Positions 26,478 through 35,668 of a DNA stretch of 59,407 nt are shown here, one piece after another. Within the stretch, counting starts at the first letter, position 1, and each line of letters starts with the position of its first letter. Source of the stretch: a virus (lineage: Duplodnaviria > Caudoviricetes); the IMG/VR virus record IMGVR_UViG_3300042375_000244, positions 1 through 59,407 of that record, one strand, 5' to 3'. Under the pieces are notes generated by a model that was not told where the DNA came from, did not search any database, and saw nothing but the letters and a program-made list of their open reading frames with translations. A program made the position numbers and the translations under genes.

Positions 26478-26948
26478 ATGGACCCTGCTACGATTGCGCT
26501 CATCTTCGGCGCAGCAAAGACCGCGTACAACGCCGTTCAGCAGGGCATTAAGGTTGGTAAAGACCTTAACACCATGTGCGGCGATGTCGCGAAATTGTAT
26601 GGGTCGGTTGCTAAACTAACGCAGGCAAGTAAGTCTCCGCCGAAGCCGGGGCTGTTTAGCAAGATGTCCGCCGAGGAGTTAGCCCTCGATACGGTCATGA
26701 AGCGGAAGCAAGCGGCGGAGATGGCTGAGAAGGTCAAGAATGATTTCGTTGCGATACACGGTGTAAGGGGTTGGGAGGAAGTTCTAAAAGAGGTCATCAA
26801 GGTGCGAAAGCAACAACGAAGACTCGAAGAACAGAAAGCCCGTGAAGCCCAGCAGATGCGTGAGGACTTGACTCAACTGGGGATGGTTGTGTTGGCAGCT
26901 TTGGCAATTATGGCAGGACTACTTGCCCTAGCGGTTTGGATGGCATAA
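26478..26948 (+). CDS. Coiled-coil membrane protein (lysis region)
   Basis: MDP.TI...A..A N-terminus, coiled coil, C-terminal transmembrane helix. Confidence 0.75.
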   Translation: MDPATIALIFGAAKTAYNAVQQGIKVGKDLNTMCGDVAKLYGSVAKLTQASKSPPKPGLFSKMSAEELALDTVMKRKQAAEMAEKVKNDFVAIHGVRGWEEVLKEVIKVRKQQRRLEEQKAREAQQMREDLTQLGMVVLAALAIMAGLLALAVWMA

Positions 26949-27658
26949 TGGCAAAACCACCTGTCAAAAAAACAGCAGCAAAGAAGCCACCGGCAAAAAA
27001 GCCTGTTGCTCGCAAGAAGCCTGTTGCCAAGCCTGTTGAAGTTGTTGCACCTCCCAAGCCTCCCGGCGGACCAATCGACAAGGCGCTTGATCTTGTAAAG
27101 TGGATCGACAGCCCGTTTAAGCTGGCGACAGTTATCGGGCTGGGCGTCTTTGGTCTGGCTGGCTACATCATCTACGAGCAGCAGGACAAGCTTGTCGGCT
27201 CGATGCTCAGTCGCGATACAATGCCGGTGTTAATGGACGACCAGCATATAGCGGGTGCAGGTGGCCTACTGATGCGCGATCTAAAGGCGGAAGCCGTGAT
27301 GATCCATTCGGTTGACCTTGGTAAAAACGCTCGTACCACAAAAGTTGTCCTGTCATCGGATGGCAGATACTTGCCGTTAGAAGGACGCAAAGGCGCGTTC
27401 TTCTCCGGATCACCGGCTCGGAACCGCGCGGCAATCGCGATGCTAAACGGCGAGATAGCCTGTGAACCATTCGAGGCGTCGTCTGATCTTGGCGACTGGT
27501 TGCTAAGTCGCAACGTGACCTATCTATGCCGGGGATCTGCACCGCCCGACGCAGGCCACATGGTCGGATATGTTGCAGTTGCTTTCAAACAACAGCCGCG
27601 TGATATAATCGCTGTGAAATCCCGAATTAACCAAACTGCGCGTGAGATCGCAAAATAG
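26948..27658 (+). CDS. Single-TM protein with large C-terminal domain; candidate T4 gpT-type holin
   Basis: Lys/Pro-rich N-tail, one TM (ATVIGLGVFGLAGYII), soluble domain with two Cys; immediately upstream of endolysin. Confidence 0.5.
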   Translation: MAKPPVKKTAAKKPPAKKPVARKKPVAKPVEVVAPPKPPGGPIDKALDLVKWIDSPFKLATVIGLGVFGLAGYIIYEQQDKLVGSMLSRDTMPVLMDDQHIAGAGGLLMRDLKAEAVMIHSVDLGKNARTTKVVLSSDGRYLPLEGRKGAFFSGSPARNRAAIAMLNGEIACEPFEASSDLGDWLLSRNVTYLCRGSAPPDAGHMVGYVAVAFKQQPRDIIAVKSRINQTAREIAK

Positions 27659-27669
27659 GGAGAACTAAA

Positions 27670-28389
27670 ATGAAGATGTCAGCAGCAGGCCTTGCCACAG
27701 TAAAAGAGTTCGAAGGCCTTAGACTAAAGGCGTACAAGTGCCCGGCAGCGGTCTGGACCATTGGCTACGGTCACACGTCCGCCGCAGGCGCTCCAATCGT
27801 TAACCCCGATCTCGTGATTACCAAGGACGAAGCTGAAGAAATCCTCAAGGAGGATATGGAGCAGTACGAGGCTGGTGTTCGCAAGTACGTCAAAGTCGAT
27901 CTGACACAAGGCCAGTTCGACGCGTTGGTTGACTTTGCCTACAACGCGGGCGTTGGCGCTCTGGCTAAATCCACACTGCTGAAGAGAGTCAACGCTGGCA
28001 AGTTTGACGAGGTTCCTGCCGAGTTTATGAAATGGACCAAGGGCGGTGGTAAGGAATTACCGGGCCTCGTTCGCCGTCGCAGGGCAGAAGTTAAACTCTG
28101 GCGCGGCCTCGATACAGAGAAGCCGATCTCTGTTGACGAAGCCCGTGCAGAACCGGATCAGCCCAAGGCGCGTAAATCAATTACCCAGTCCAAGGAGGCC
28201 AACGCTGCCGTTGCGGCGGGTGGGTTGGGTACGATTGCTGTTGTGCAGGAAGTCATGCCGATGGTTCGTGAGGGCGGCGATCTGCTCGGATCGTTCAGCC
28301 CGACCATCCTGATTCTTGTCGTTATCATCGCCGCAGCAGCAGCCGTCTGGTATTTCCGCAAGCAAAGGCTCGACGAGGAGGGTTCGTGA
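27670..28389 (+). CDS. Endolysin, GH24 lysozyme, with C-terminal hydrophobic helices
   Basis: EFEGLRLKAYKCPAAVWTIGYG (E-x8-C-x5-T), FDALVDFAYNAG, LPGLVRRRRAE. Confidence 0.92.
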   Translation: MKMSAAGLATVKEFEGLRLKAYKCPAAVWTIGYGHTSAAGAPIVNPDLVITKDEAEEILKEDMEQYEAGVRKYVKVDLTQGQFDALVDFAYNAGVGALAKSTLLKRVNAGKFDEVPAEFMKWTKGGGKELPGLVRRRRAEVKLWRGLDTEKPISVDEARAEPDQPKARKSITQSKEANAAVAAGGLGTIAVVQEVMPMVREGGDLLGSFSPTILILVVIIAAAAAVWYFRKQRLDEEGS

Positions 28390-28616
28390 TGGGGTTATTG
28401 TTCAGTCCTCTGGGCAAGTACATCCTTATAGGGGGCGTGGTCTTGTCTCTTTTAGGTGGCGTCTACCTCAAGATACGAGGTGACGCCATTGCAGAAGTTA
28501 CCGCAGCGGCGCAAGCCGACGCACTGAGGAGGGTACAAAATGCGATCAGTTCTGGGGATAATGCTGCTGTCAGTCCTGACAGGTTGCTCGAATCTGATGG
28601 GCACAAAAGAGACTAA
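28386..28616 (+). CDS. Inner-membrane spanin (Rz-like)
   Basis: N-terminal TM followed by helical segment; follows endolysin; overlaps lipoprotein gene. Confidence 0.7.
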   Translation: MMGLLFSPLGKYILIGGVVLSLLGGVYLKIRGDAIAEVTAAAQADALRRVQNAISSGDNAAVSPDRLLESDGHKRD

Positions 28617-28734
28617 CCTGTCAGCCTGCTCGGTCTGGAGGGATGTGTCGTGGTCTTCCAAGGACACAGCCCAGACAATTACAGAGGTCAAGATCAACAA
28701 TGCCCGTCGTGAAGGGTATTGCGAGAAGAAGTAA
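28540..28734 (+). CDS. Outer-membrane lipoprotein spanin (Rz1-like)
   Basis: Signal peptide with lipobox LTGC; overlaps the Rz-like gene in another frame. Confidence 0.75.
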   Translation: MRSVLGIMLLSVLTGCSNLMGTKETNLSACSVWRDVSWSSKDTAQTITEVKINNARREGYCEKK

Positions 28735-28770
28735 TCTGTCACGTCTTTAGATAAAATAAGGAAAACCTCC

Positions 28771-28971
28771 GTGTCAGATATTTACATTATTGACAGATTG
28801 TTTAAGGTAATCCGTGAGCGGCGCGAGACAGTCACTGAGGCGATTACAGAAGGCTCGGTTCAGGACTATGCTGCTTTCCGCCACCTTCGAGGCAAACTCG
28901 AAGTGTGGAAGGAGGTTGAGGAAGAACTTCGCTTTCTGCTAAAAAGACAAGGTGATCCAGACGATGGGTAG
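28771..28971 (+). CDS. Small hypothetical protein upstream of GroES-like gene
   Basis: GTG start with AAGGA RBS; helical 66 aa. Confidence 0.7.
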   Translation: MSDIYIIDRLFKVIRERRETVTEAITEGSVQDYAAFRHLRGKLEVWKEVEEELRFLLKRQGDPDDG

Positions 28972-29449
28972 TCTCATACTTCCAAATTGGCTTTCACGTA
29001 AGCCTGTTGAAACAGAGGTTCCAAAGGAGCCCGGCTCAGAGGCCACCGGCCTGCAACAAGCGTTTGTTTCAGAGTCTGACAGGGTTCTCGACCCCACTAA
29101 AATCCCTGACACGGTACTTGGTCGTATGCCCCAGCCAACTGGCTGGCGCCTTCTTGTGCTCCCCTACAAAGGATCCAAGAAGTCAAAGGGTGGCATAGAG
29201 TTTACCGACGCCTACATAGAGTCTCAAAGTCTGGCTACCGTTGTAGCCTACGTTCTTGGCGTGGGTCCTGACGCCTATGCGGACATTAAAAAGTTCCCCA
29301 TGGGGCCTTGGTGCAAAAAGGGTCAGTGGGTCATGATCGGTCGCTATTGCGGAGCCCGATTCCGGATCGAAGGCGGAGAAGTCCGCATCATCAACGACGA
29401 TGAAGTCATCGCAACAATCGCTGATCCAGCAGACATCTTCAATGTCTGA
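28964..29449 (+). CDS. GroES/Cpn10-like co-chaperonin
   Basis: PTGWRLLV...KSKGGI...VLGVGPDAY...GQWVMIGRYCG...RIINDDEVIA. Confidence 0.85.
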   Translation: MGSLILPNWLSRKPVETEVPKEPGSEATGLQQAFVSESDRVLDPTKIPDTVLGRMPQPTGWRLLVLPYKGSKKSKGGIEFTDAYIESQSLATVVAYVLGVGPDAYADIKKFPMGPWCKKGQWVMIGRYCGARFRIEGGEVRIINDDEVIATIADPADIFNV

Positions 29450-29471
29450 CAGCGCAGCAATGGAGATTGCT

Positions 29472-30353
29472 ATGTCCGAAGAAGACAAGAACGAAGACGA
29501 CGGCTCGATAGAAGTCACGTTGGTGGACGAGGCTCCAACGGAAACTCCCGTTGTAGAAAAGGAAGAGACGGTATCAGCGAGAGCTGACAGAGATCTGGAG
29601 GAGCACTCCGAATCTGTCAGGAAGCGAATTGACAAGCTCACCTACAAGGTCCGAGAAGCCGAGCGCCGTGAACAGGCTGCGCTGGAGTTTGCCAAGGGTC
29701 TGAAAGGCCAGCTCGACACTTATCAGGATCGGGCGCATCGTCTCGACAAGTCTCTTGTGCAAGAGTTCGATAACCGACTCAAGACGCAAGAGAAGATGGT
29801 CCGCGAGGAACTCCGCCGGGCAATCGACGAGGGCAACATCGACGCCCAGATCGACGCCCAGAGTTCCTTGGCGGCTCTTGCTGTTGAGAACGACAAGCTC
29901 CGTCAGACCCGCGCGCGTCGCGAGCATGATGAGACCCAACGTGCGGCTGTCGCCGCAGCTCCTCCTCCGGTTCAGCGCGCACCTCAAGCGCCGCAACCTG
30001 ACCCGAAAGCTAGGTCTTGGGCCGAGCGAAATGACTGGTTTGGCAACGACCGAGCCATGACGGCAACGGCCTATGCCATCCATGCAGACTTGATTGAGGT
30101 GGAAGGTTTCGACCCTTCTTCTGACGATTACTACAAAGAGCTTGATTCCCGTATTCGTGGGGAATTTCCCCATAAATTCAAGGCTGTGGCGCAAAATACC
30201 CGTCCGCAGCCGATGGTGGGATCGGCAAGGAATACTGTTAAGTCCGGTGGGAACAAGGTCAAACTGACAGAAAGTCAGATTAAAGTTGCCAAGTCACTGG
30301 GTGTTAGTTTAGAAGAGTATGCAAGACATACTCGATTGCAGCAGCAAGGTTAG
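29472..30353 (+). CDS. Capsid scaffolding protein (putative)
   Basis: Acidic N-terminus, long coiled coil, C-terminal LTESQIKVAKSLGVSLEEYA; upstream of capsid genes. Confidence 0.75.
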   Translation: MSEEDKNEDDGSIEVTLVDEAPTETPVVEKEETVSARADRDLEEHSESVRKRIDKLTYKVREAERREQAALEFAKGLKGQLDTYQDRAHRLDKSLVQEFDNRLKTQEKMVREELRRAIDEGNIDAQIDAQSSLAALAVENDKLRQTRARREHDETQRAAVAAAPPPVQRAPQAPQPDPKARSWAERNDWFGNDRAMTATAYAIHADLIEVEGFDPSSDDYYKELDSRIRGEFPHKFKAVAQNTRPQPMVGSARNTVKSGGNKVKLTESQIKVAKSLGVSLEEYARHTRLQQQG

Positions 30354-30357
30354 TCTT

Positions 30358-30825
30358 ATGACAATAGACCGTAAGCCCCGCTCCGAGAATGTTCGCGAGA
30401 AAGACTCGCGCCCACTTACGTGGAAACCCCCGTCCTCTTTGGACGCCCCGGCCCCTCCTGAGGGGTACAAGCACCGCTGGATCCGAATGGAGGCCAACGG
30501 TATCGACGACCGGAAGAATCTTTCCGCCCGTTTACGCGAAGGCTTCGAGCTGGTTCGCGCCGAGGAATACCCTGAATGGGATCTCCCCACGATTAACGAT
30601 GGCAAGCATGCCGGGGTTATTGCAGTTGGTGGATTGGTCCTAGCCCGTATTCCGTTAGATATTGTTAAGCAGAGAAACGACTACTTCCAGAATCAAACGC
30701 GCGAGCAGATTCAGGCTGTAGACAACGATCTCATGCGAGACCAACACCCTTCGATGCCCATGATACGTCCTGAAAGACAGTCACGGGTTAGCTTCGGCGG
30801 AAATCGTTCCTCCGAAAAACAATAA
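30358..30825 (+). CDS. Head-module hypothetical protein
   Basis: WKPPSSLDAP.PP.GY.HRWIR...REGFELV motif; between scaffold and capsid genes. Confidence 0.75.
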   Translation: MTIDRKPRSENVREKDSRPLTWKPPSSLDAPAPPEGYKHRWIRMEANGIDDRKNLSARLREGFELVRAEEYPEWDLPTINDGKHAGVIAVGGLVLARIPLDIVKQRNDYFQNQTREQIQAVDNDLMRDQHPSMPMIRPERQSRVSFGGNRSSEKQ

Positions 30826-30836
30826 GGATCTAGGCA

Positions 30837-31454
30837 ATGGCAAACATTGATGCCTCGTTCGGGCTCCGCCCGTATCGTATGCTTGGAAGCGCAGCGAACA
30901 CCAATGGCGACATGGTGTTTAATATCCAGACGGCAGGTACGGCAGGCACTGCAAGCGTGATCTATCAGGGCACTCCTGTGATTCCGCTGGCAAACGGTCT
31001 GATTGACATTGTTGGCAATGCCAACGGTGGCACCGTTCCGATTCTGGGCGCTTTCCTCGGCTGCAACTACATTGATCTGACGGGCAAACCCCGTTGGGCT
31101 CCTTCTTGGCCGGGCACGGCTGCGGTGTATGCGGGCACGGCTGCTACGGCAACGATCTCGGCAGATCCCGACCAGCTCTTCCTCATCAACTGCAATGCGG
31201 CTGCTGCGGATTCTCTGGTCCATGCCAACGCTAACTTCGCCACTGCGACAACCGGCAATGCCATCTCTGGCCTCTCTGCTGGTGAACTCGCAGTATCGAC
31301 AGCTAACACCACCAACACATTAAACCTCCGCATTATTGGATTCGAGGATTCTCCTTCCAATTCGGATGTCTCTGTCGCTGGTCGTCTGGCTATCGTCCTC
31401 CTCAACAACCACTTCTACCGTTACAATGCTAACGGTACTGGTGCGGGCATCTAA
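30837..31454 (+). CDS. Putative capsid decoration/minor head protein
   Basis: MAN.DA.FGLRP start; Ala/Gly/Thr/Asn rich; directly before MCP. Confidence 0.7.
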   Translation: MANIDASFGLRPYRMLGSAANTNGDMVFNIQTAGTAGTASVIYQGTPVIPLANGLIDIVGNANGGTVPILGAFLGCNYIDLTGKPRWAPSWPGTAAVYAGTAATATISADPDQLFLINCNAAAADSLVHANANFATATTGNAISGLSAGELAVSTANTTNTLNLRIIGFEDSPSNSDVSVAGRLAIVLLNNHFYRYNANGTGAGI

Positions 31455-31469
31455 AGGGAGTTTTGAGCT

Positions 31470-32378
31470 ATGGCTATAACACGTTCACAACTTCTCAAGG
31501 AACTTGAGCCCGGTCTAAATGCCTTGTTCGGCATGGAGTACGACCGCTACGACAACGAGCATGCTGAGATCTTCGACACGGAGACTTCGGATCGCGCGTT
31601 TGAAGAAGAGGTCATGCTGTCTGGCTTCGGTCAGGCTCCGGTAAAGGGCGAAGGTTCCGCCATCAGCTATGATACGGCTGGTGAGGCTTTCACTGCCCGT
31701 TACACCCACAACACCGTCGCGCTGGCGTTTGCGATCACTGAAGAAGCTGTAGAGGACAACCTCTACGACAAGCTCAGTGCTCGTTACACCCGCGCGCTGG
31801 CCCGCAGCATGTCGAACACCAAGCAGGTGACGGCAGCGTCGGTTCTGAACAACGCCTTCTCGTCCAGCTACACGGGCGGCGACGGCGTTTCGCTCATCAA
31901 TGCCACTCACCCGACAACGGGCGGCGGTAATTGGTCGAACACCCTTGCAACGCAAGCAGACTTGAACGAGACCTCTCTCGAACAGGCCCTGATTGACATT
32001 GCCGGGTTCATCGACGAGCGCGGCCTGAAGGTTGCTCTTCGCGGCATGAAACTGATTATCCCCCCGGCTCTTCAGTTCACCGCCGAGCGTATCTTGAAGT
32101 CGGAACAGCGCACCGGAACTGCTGACAACGACATCAACGCGATCAAGACCGGCGGTTACATGCCGCAGGGCTTCACCGTCAACCACTTCCTCACCGACAC
32201 GGACGGCTGGTTTGTAAAGACCGACTCTCCGAATGGCATGAAGCACTTTGTGCGTTCGCCCATTAAGACGGCCATGGAAGGCGACTTTGAAACGGGCAAC
32301 GTCCGTTATAAGGCTCGCGAGCGTTACAGCTTCGGTTGGTCTGATCCCCGCGCGATGTACGGTTCGCAAGGCGCGTAA
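31470..32378 (+). CDS. Major capsid protein (Mu gpT-like)
   Basis: MAITRSQLLKELEPGLNALFG...SDRAFEEEV...KARERYSFGWSDPR; followed by a strong terminator. Confidence 0.92.
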   Translation: MAITRSQLLKELEPGLNALFGMEYDRYDNEHAEIFDTETSDRAFEEEVMLSGFGQAPVKGEGSAISYDTAGEAFTARYTHNTVALAFAITEEAVEDNLYDKLSARYTRALARSMSNTKQVTAASVLNNAFSSSYTGGDGVSLINATHPTTGGGNWSNTLATQADLNETSLEQALIDIAGFIDERGLKVALRGMKLIIPPALQFTAERILKSEQRTGTADNDINAIKTGGYMPQGFTVNHFLTDTDGWFVKTDSPNGMKHFVRSPIKTAMEGDFETGNVRYKARERYSFGWSDPRAMYGSQGA

Positions 32379-32385
32379 CCAAATG

Positions 32386-32415
32386 AAAAGGGAGGGTTTA
32401 CGCCCTCCCTTTTTT
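32386..32415 (+). terminator. Rho-independent terminator after MCP
   Basis: AAAAGGGAGGG-TTTACG-CCCTCCCTTTTTT. Confidence 0.88.
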
Positions 32416-32434
32416 CTTCTAAAGTTTAAATACA

Positions 32435-32501
32435 CCGGGTGTCCCGGCCTTGTTGACAGCCCCGGCTGACGCTGCATAGACAACAGGGCTAAATCATGCA
32501 G
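32435..32501 (+). ncRNA. Structured RNA element downstream of gpT-like capsid gene, probably Mu-gpT-DE motif
   Basis: Hairpin CCGGG/CCCGG; stem CCTTGTTG(32448)/CAACAGGG(32481); possible pseudoknot CTGCAT(32472)/ATGCAG(32496); location matches that described for Mu-gpT-DE. Confidence 0.6.
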
Positions 32502-32511
32502 GAGAATTACG

Positions 32512-32964
32512 ATGGGCGTTACAACTTTCTCGGGTCCGATTAAGGCTGGCGATGTTCCGAACACGACGGGTACTACGCCCGGCACGATAAGGAACGTCGG
32601 CTTTGTTGCAATGGCGCAGACACAGGCCATCACGCAGGCTGGGACCGCTACTGCCTTGGCGACCCGTATTGTCATTCCGGCTTACAGCCATATCTTGAAC
32701 ATCCAGTTTCTGACCACAGTGGCTTGGAACGGTGCTGCGGCCACCATCAGCATCGGCACCAGCGCCACCTCAACCGAGTTGGTCGTGGCTCACAGCCTTG
32801 CAACTATTGGTCAGTCATCGGCTGGTCCGGGTACAAATGCAACTCGCACAGCCCTCTGGACGAATGTTGGTTCGTCTGACGTTGTCATCTACGCCCTTTC
32901 GGCAAACACTGGTGACGGCGTTGGCGACATTATCGTTCGCTATCTTCAGGCCGAAAATCTCTAA
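32512..32964 (+). CDS. Virion structural protein (putative)
   Basis: GGAG RBS; MGVTTFSGP start; beta-rich Thr/Ala/Gly composition. Confidence 0.75.
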   Translation: MGVTTFSGPIKAGDVPNTTGTTPGTIRNVGFVAMAQTQAITQAGTATALATRIVIPAYSHILNIQFLTTVAWNGAAATISIGTSATSTELVVAHSLATIGQSSAGPGTNATRTALWTNVGSSDVVIYALSANTGDGVGDIIVRYLQAENL

Positions 32965-32979
32965 TAGGGGTGCGCCTAG

Positions 32980-33381
32980 ATGGCTGATGCTGTAACAAGC
33001 CAAATAATCTTCGACGGCACTAAAAGAGCCGTCATGAAGTTTACCAACATATCTGATGGCACCGGGGAAACTGGTGTCATCAAGGTCGATGTATCCGCGC
33101 TTACCACTAACTATGGTGCGCCCTGCACAGGGGTAAGCATTGAGCGGATTGAGGCTGTTACTGTTGGCATGGGCGTGGACATCCTATGGGATGCCACTAC
33201 GGATGCTCTGTGTATGACTCTTGGGGCTGACCAGTTCTTCACATTTGATTTCACTCGCTTTAGTGGACTCACAAACAATGCTGGAACTGGAAAGACCGGA
33301 GACGTTCTCTTCACGACTGTTGGGGCGACGGCGGGTGACAAGTACACAATCATCCTAGAGCTGGTTAAAAACTATGGCTAA
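32980..33381 (+). CDS. Virion structural protein (putative)
   Basis: MADAVTSQ...KFTNISDGTGE; late-operon position. Confidence 0.75.
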   Translation: MADAVTSQIIFDGTKRAVMKFTNISDGTGETGVIKVDVSALTTNYGAPCTGVSIERIEAVTVGMGVDILWDATTDALCMTLGADQFFTFDFTRFSGLTNNAGTGKTGDVLFTTVGATAGDKYTIILELVKNYG

Positions 33382-33655
33382 GGGCATGGGCATCAAAACT
33401 TCTGTCAAATCCGGCAACTTCCGTCCTACAAAGACGGGCGCCGGGATGACAGAAAAAGGTGTCAAGGCCTATCGGAAAGCCAATCCCGGATCGAAGCTGT
33501 CAACTGCTGTCACAGAAGATAGCCCCAAAGGCAAGCGCGCTGCTCGAAGAAAGTCCTATTGTGCACGGTCGGCGGGCCAAGCCAAGATGTTTCCTGAAGC
33601 AGCAAAAGATCCAAACAGCCGTTTGAGTCAAGCTCGTAAGCGGTGGAAATGCTAA
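33374..33655 (+). CDS. Small basic protein (DUF6321-like)
   Basis: GMTEKG..AYRKANPGSKL...RRKSYCARS...KDPNSRL..AR.RWKC. Confidence 0.75.
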   Translation: MAKGMGIKTSVKSGNFRPTKTGAGMTEKGVKAYRKANPGSKLSTAVTEDSPKGKRAARRKSYCARSAGQAKMFPEAAKDPNSRLSQARKRWKC

Positions 33656-33668
33656 CAGGAGAAGTATC

Positions 33669-34055
33669 ATGGCTATGTCTCGTGGTGGAATGGGCAAGGA
33701 AGTAGCTGGCGCTCGCATGAAAAAGCGTGCGATGGGCGCTTCTCGTCAGGGCAAGAAGATGGCTCCTGCCGAAATGATGATGCCTCCCATGGCCCCTATG
33801 GCTATGAAGAAGGGCGGCATGGCGAAGAAGACCTACGGCTCCACCGAAGATATTATGGGCACAGGGAAAACTCCGGCATCGGCCAAGGCTGATTACGCAA
33901 AGAAGATGAAGGTCGCTGGTCTTAAACCTAAGCCAGAGAAGAAGATGATGGGTGGCGGCATGGCTATGAAGCCCGGCGGCATGGGCTATAAAAAGGGTGG
34001 CATTGCCTTGATGATCGTGCTCGGTAAGGGTGGCGGCAAGAAGAAGTCCAAGTAG
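33669..34055 (+). CDS. Met/Lys/Gly-rich basic protein
   Basis: AGGAG RBS; MKKGG and YKKGG motifs. Confidence 0.7.
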   Translation: MAMSRGGMGKEVAGARMKKRAMGASRQGKKMAPAEMMMPPMAPMAMKKGGMAKKTYGSTEDIMGTGKTPASAKADYAKKMKVAGLKPKPEKKMMGGGMAMKPGGMGYKKGGIALMIVLGKGGGKKKSK

Positions 34056-34073
34056 TTTAGAAAGGGTTCCCGG

Positions 34074-34265
34074 ATGGTTAAGGCTGCAAAGAGCAAGGTC
34101 AACGCCTCTGGGAACTACACCAAACCCGAGATGCGTAAGACCTTGTTTAATCGGATCAAGGCCTCCAGCGTGCAGGGTACAGCCTCGGGCCAGTGGTCGG
34201 CTCGTAAAGCCCAGTTGCTTGCCAAGCAATACAAGGCCAAGGGCGGAGGCTATCGGGACAAATGA
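34074..34265 (+). CDS. Small basic protein (DUF5872-like, N-terminal part)
   Basis: NYTKP..RK...IKA...GQWSARKAQLLA..YK..GGGY. Confidence 0.7.
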   Translation: MVKAAKSKVNASGNYTKPEMRKTLFNRIKASSVQGTASGQWSARKAQLLAKQYKAKGGGYRDK

Positions 34266-34507
34266 AGAAGCCTCAGAAGTCCCTCAAGGCTTGGGGAGAC
34301 CAAGACTGGCAAACCAAATCGGGTAAGCCTTCGAGCAAGACAGGGGAGAGGTATCTCCCCAAGGCTGCGATCCAATCTTTGTCACCGCAGGAATACGCGG
34401 CTACAACGAAAGCCAAGCGCGCAGGAAAAGCTGCGGGCAAACAGTTTGTCAAACAACCAAAGTCTGTTGCTCGCAAGACGAGCTCCTTTCGAAAAGTAGG
34501 GCTGTAA
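34262..34507 (+). CDS. Small basic protein (DUF5872-like, C-terminal part)
   Basis: Q.SL..W..QDW.TKSGK.S..TGERYLP..A...LS..EYAAT. Confidence 0.7.
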   Translation: MKKPQKSLKAWGDQDWQTKSGKPSSKTGERYLPKAAIQSLSPQEYAATTKAKRAGKAAGKQFVKQPKSVARKTSSFRKVGL

Positions 34508-34508
34508 C

Positions 34509-34976
34509 ATGGCTGAGAAATCCTCCAAGCAATATAATGTTCCCTCGGCTGTAACGGAGGAGGTTCGCCGCCGTGAGCGCGCGAAGAGGGAACGCGAAGA
34601 TGCTGAACGCTCCACCGACAGCGATGTTTCTGCGGCGGATAAGGCAGGCCTCAAGAGACTTCTTCAAGAGGAGGGGGAAGAGGAGTATGGCGACACTAAG
34701 AGCCAACCTAACCCACAGATCGCACCAAAACCTAAGAAAACTTTTAAGCGGGACCCAAACGATCCTGCGGGCGCAATGAACCGCAAGAACACTCCGGTGA
34801 ACTACGGCTCTTCTGACGAAGAGCTTCGCGACCGTAGCGCGCTCTACGGGGAGGAGGAGATGGGCTTTAAGAGAGGCGGCTCCGTTCGCAAGTACGCGGA
34901 AGGTGGCCTTGTTCGGGGTTCCGTTCGCGGCGGTGGCGTGGCCCTTCGTGGGCTAGGCAAGGGCAAAGTTTACTGA
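34509..34976 (+). CDS. Hydrophilic hypothetical protein
   Basis: C-terminal FKRGG, YAEGG and RGGGVALRG motifs. Confidence 0.7.
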   Translation: MAEKSSKQYNVPSAVTEEVRRRERAKREREDAERSTDSDVSAADKAGLKRLLQEEGEEEYGDTKSQPNPQIAPKPKKTFKRDPNDPAGAMNRKNTPVNYGSSDEELRDRSALYGEEEMGFKRGGSVRKYAEGGLVRGSVRGGGVALRGLGKGKVY

Positions 34977-34998
34977 CACTCGGTTAGAAAGTCCTTGC

Positions 34999-35664
34999 AT
35001 GTATTTGTCGAGCAACATTCCTTACTTCAAATGCTGGGTACGGAAAGAGTTCACTAACGCGCATCAGAAATACCAAGGCGAGTATCTTCATGCCTTGGCG
35101 GTTGCTGTCACAACAATCCCTGACAGATCTCTTAGCTTTCAGGTTATTTTCACCGGGTGTGAGGCGGAGGACGGAAGTCAGCCAAACATCCACGGAGGTG
35201 CAATGTGGGCGCGGATGCCGATCACCGCTCTGGTGGGCGACATTCCTTTGGAGCAATGGCCTGAGCGGATGCAGACGCATCTTGTGCAGCCGTGGGATTG
35301 CAGCTCGTATAACCACAATGCGATGCGAATACAGATGGCCCACCCTTCTCCGTGGCTATGCAAAATAGACAATGAGTTCTATAAGGGTAGGTATCTGTTT
35401 ACCGTTGACTACGCTGAGAGTGAAATTGCAGAGGACCCGTCTCAACACAAGCAAAGTCATGTGTTGATCTTGACCGACGCAGGGAAGTGGACAGGAAACA
35501 TTGTGGCGTTGCCGAACAATCGAGTGCGCGTTACCAGCCCGGCCTATTGGGTGACTGGGGAAGGCGCACCTGATTTCAGGCCAAGTCAGTGGATCTCCTG
35601 TGCAGAGCAAGACGATTCGTACATGGACCCAGACGTGACGTTCAACAACTTGTACAGGGAGTAA
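34999..35664 (+). CDS. Phage hypothetical protein (globular, His/Asp/Cys/Trp-rich)
   Basis: NIPYFKCWVRKE...GGAMWARMPI...QPWDC...QHKQSH...ALPNNR. Confidence 0.75.
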   Translation: MYLSSNIPYFKCWVRKEFTNAHQKYQGEYLHALAVAVTTIPDRSLSFQVIFTGCEAEDGSQPNIHGGAMWARMPITALVGDIPLEQWPERMQTHLVQPWDCSSYNHNAMRIQMAHPSPWLCKIDNEFYKGRYLFTVDYAESEIAEDPSQHKQSHVLILTDAGKWTGNIVALPNNRVRVTSPAYWVTGEGAPDFRPSQWISCAEQDDSYMDPDVTFNNLYRE

Positions 35665-35668
35665 TTAC

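Noticed and set aside
32448-32490. Hammerhead ribozyme
   Set aside because: CTGACG is not followed by the CUGANGA/GAAA core.
31515-32675. 386-aa minus-strand ORF
   Set aside because: Antisense shadow of the capsid gene, crossing its terminator; no recognisable motifs.
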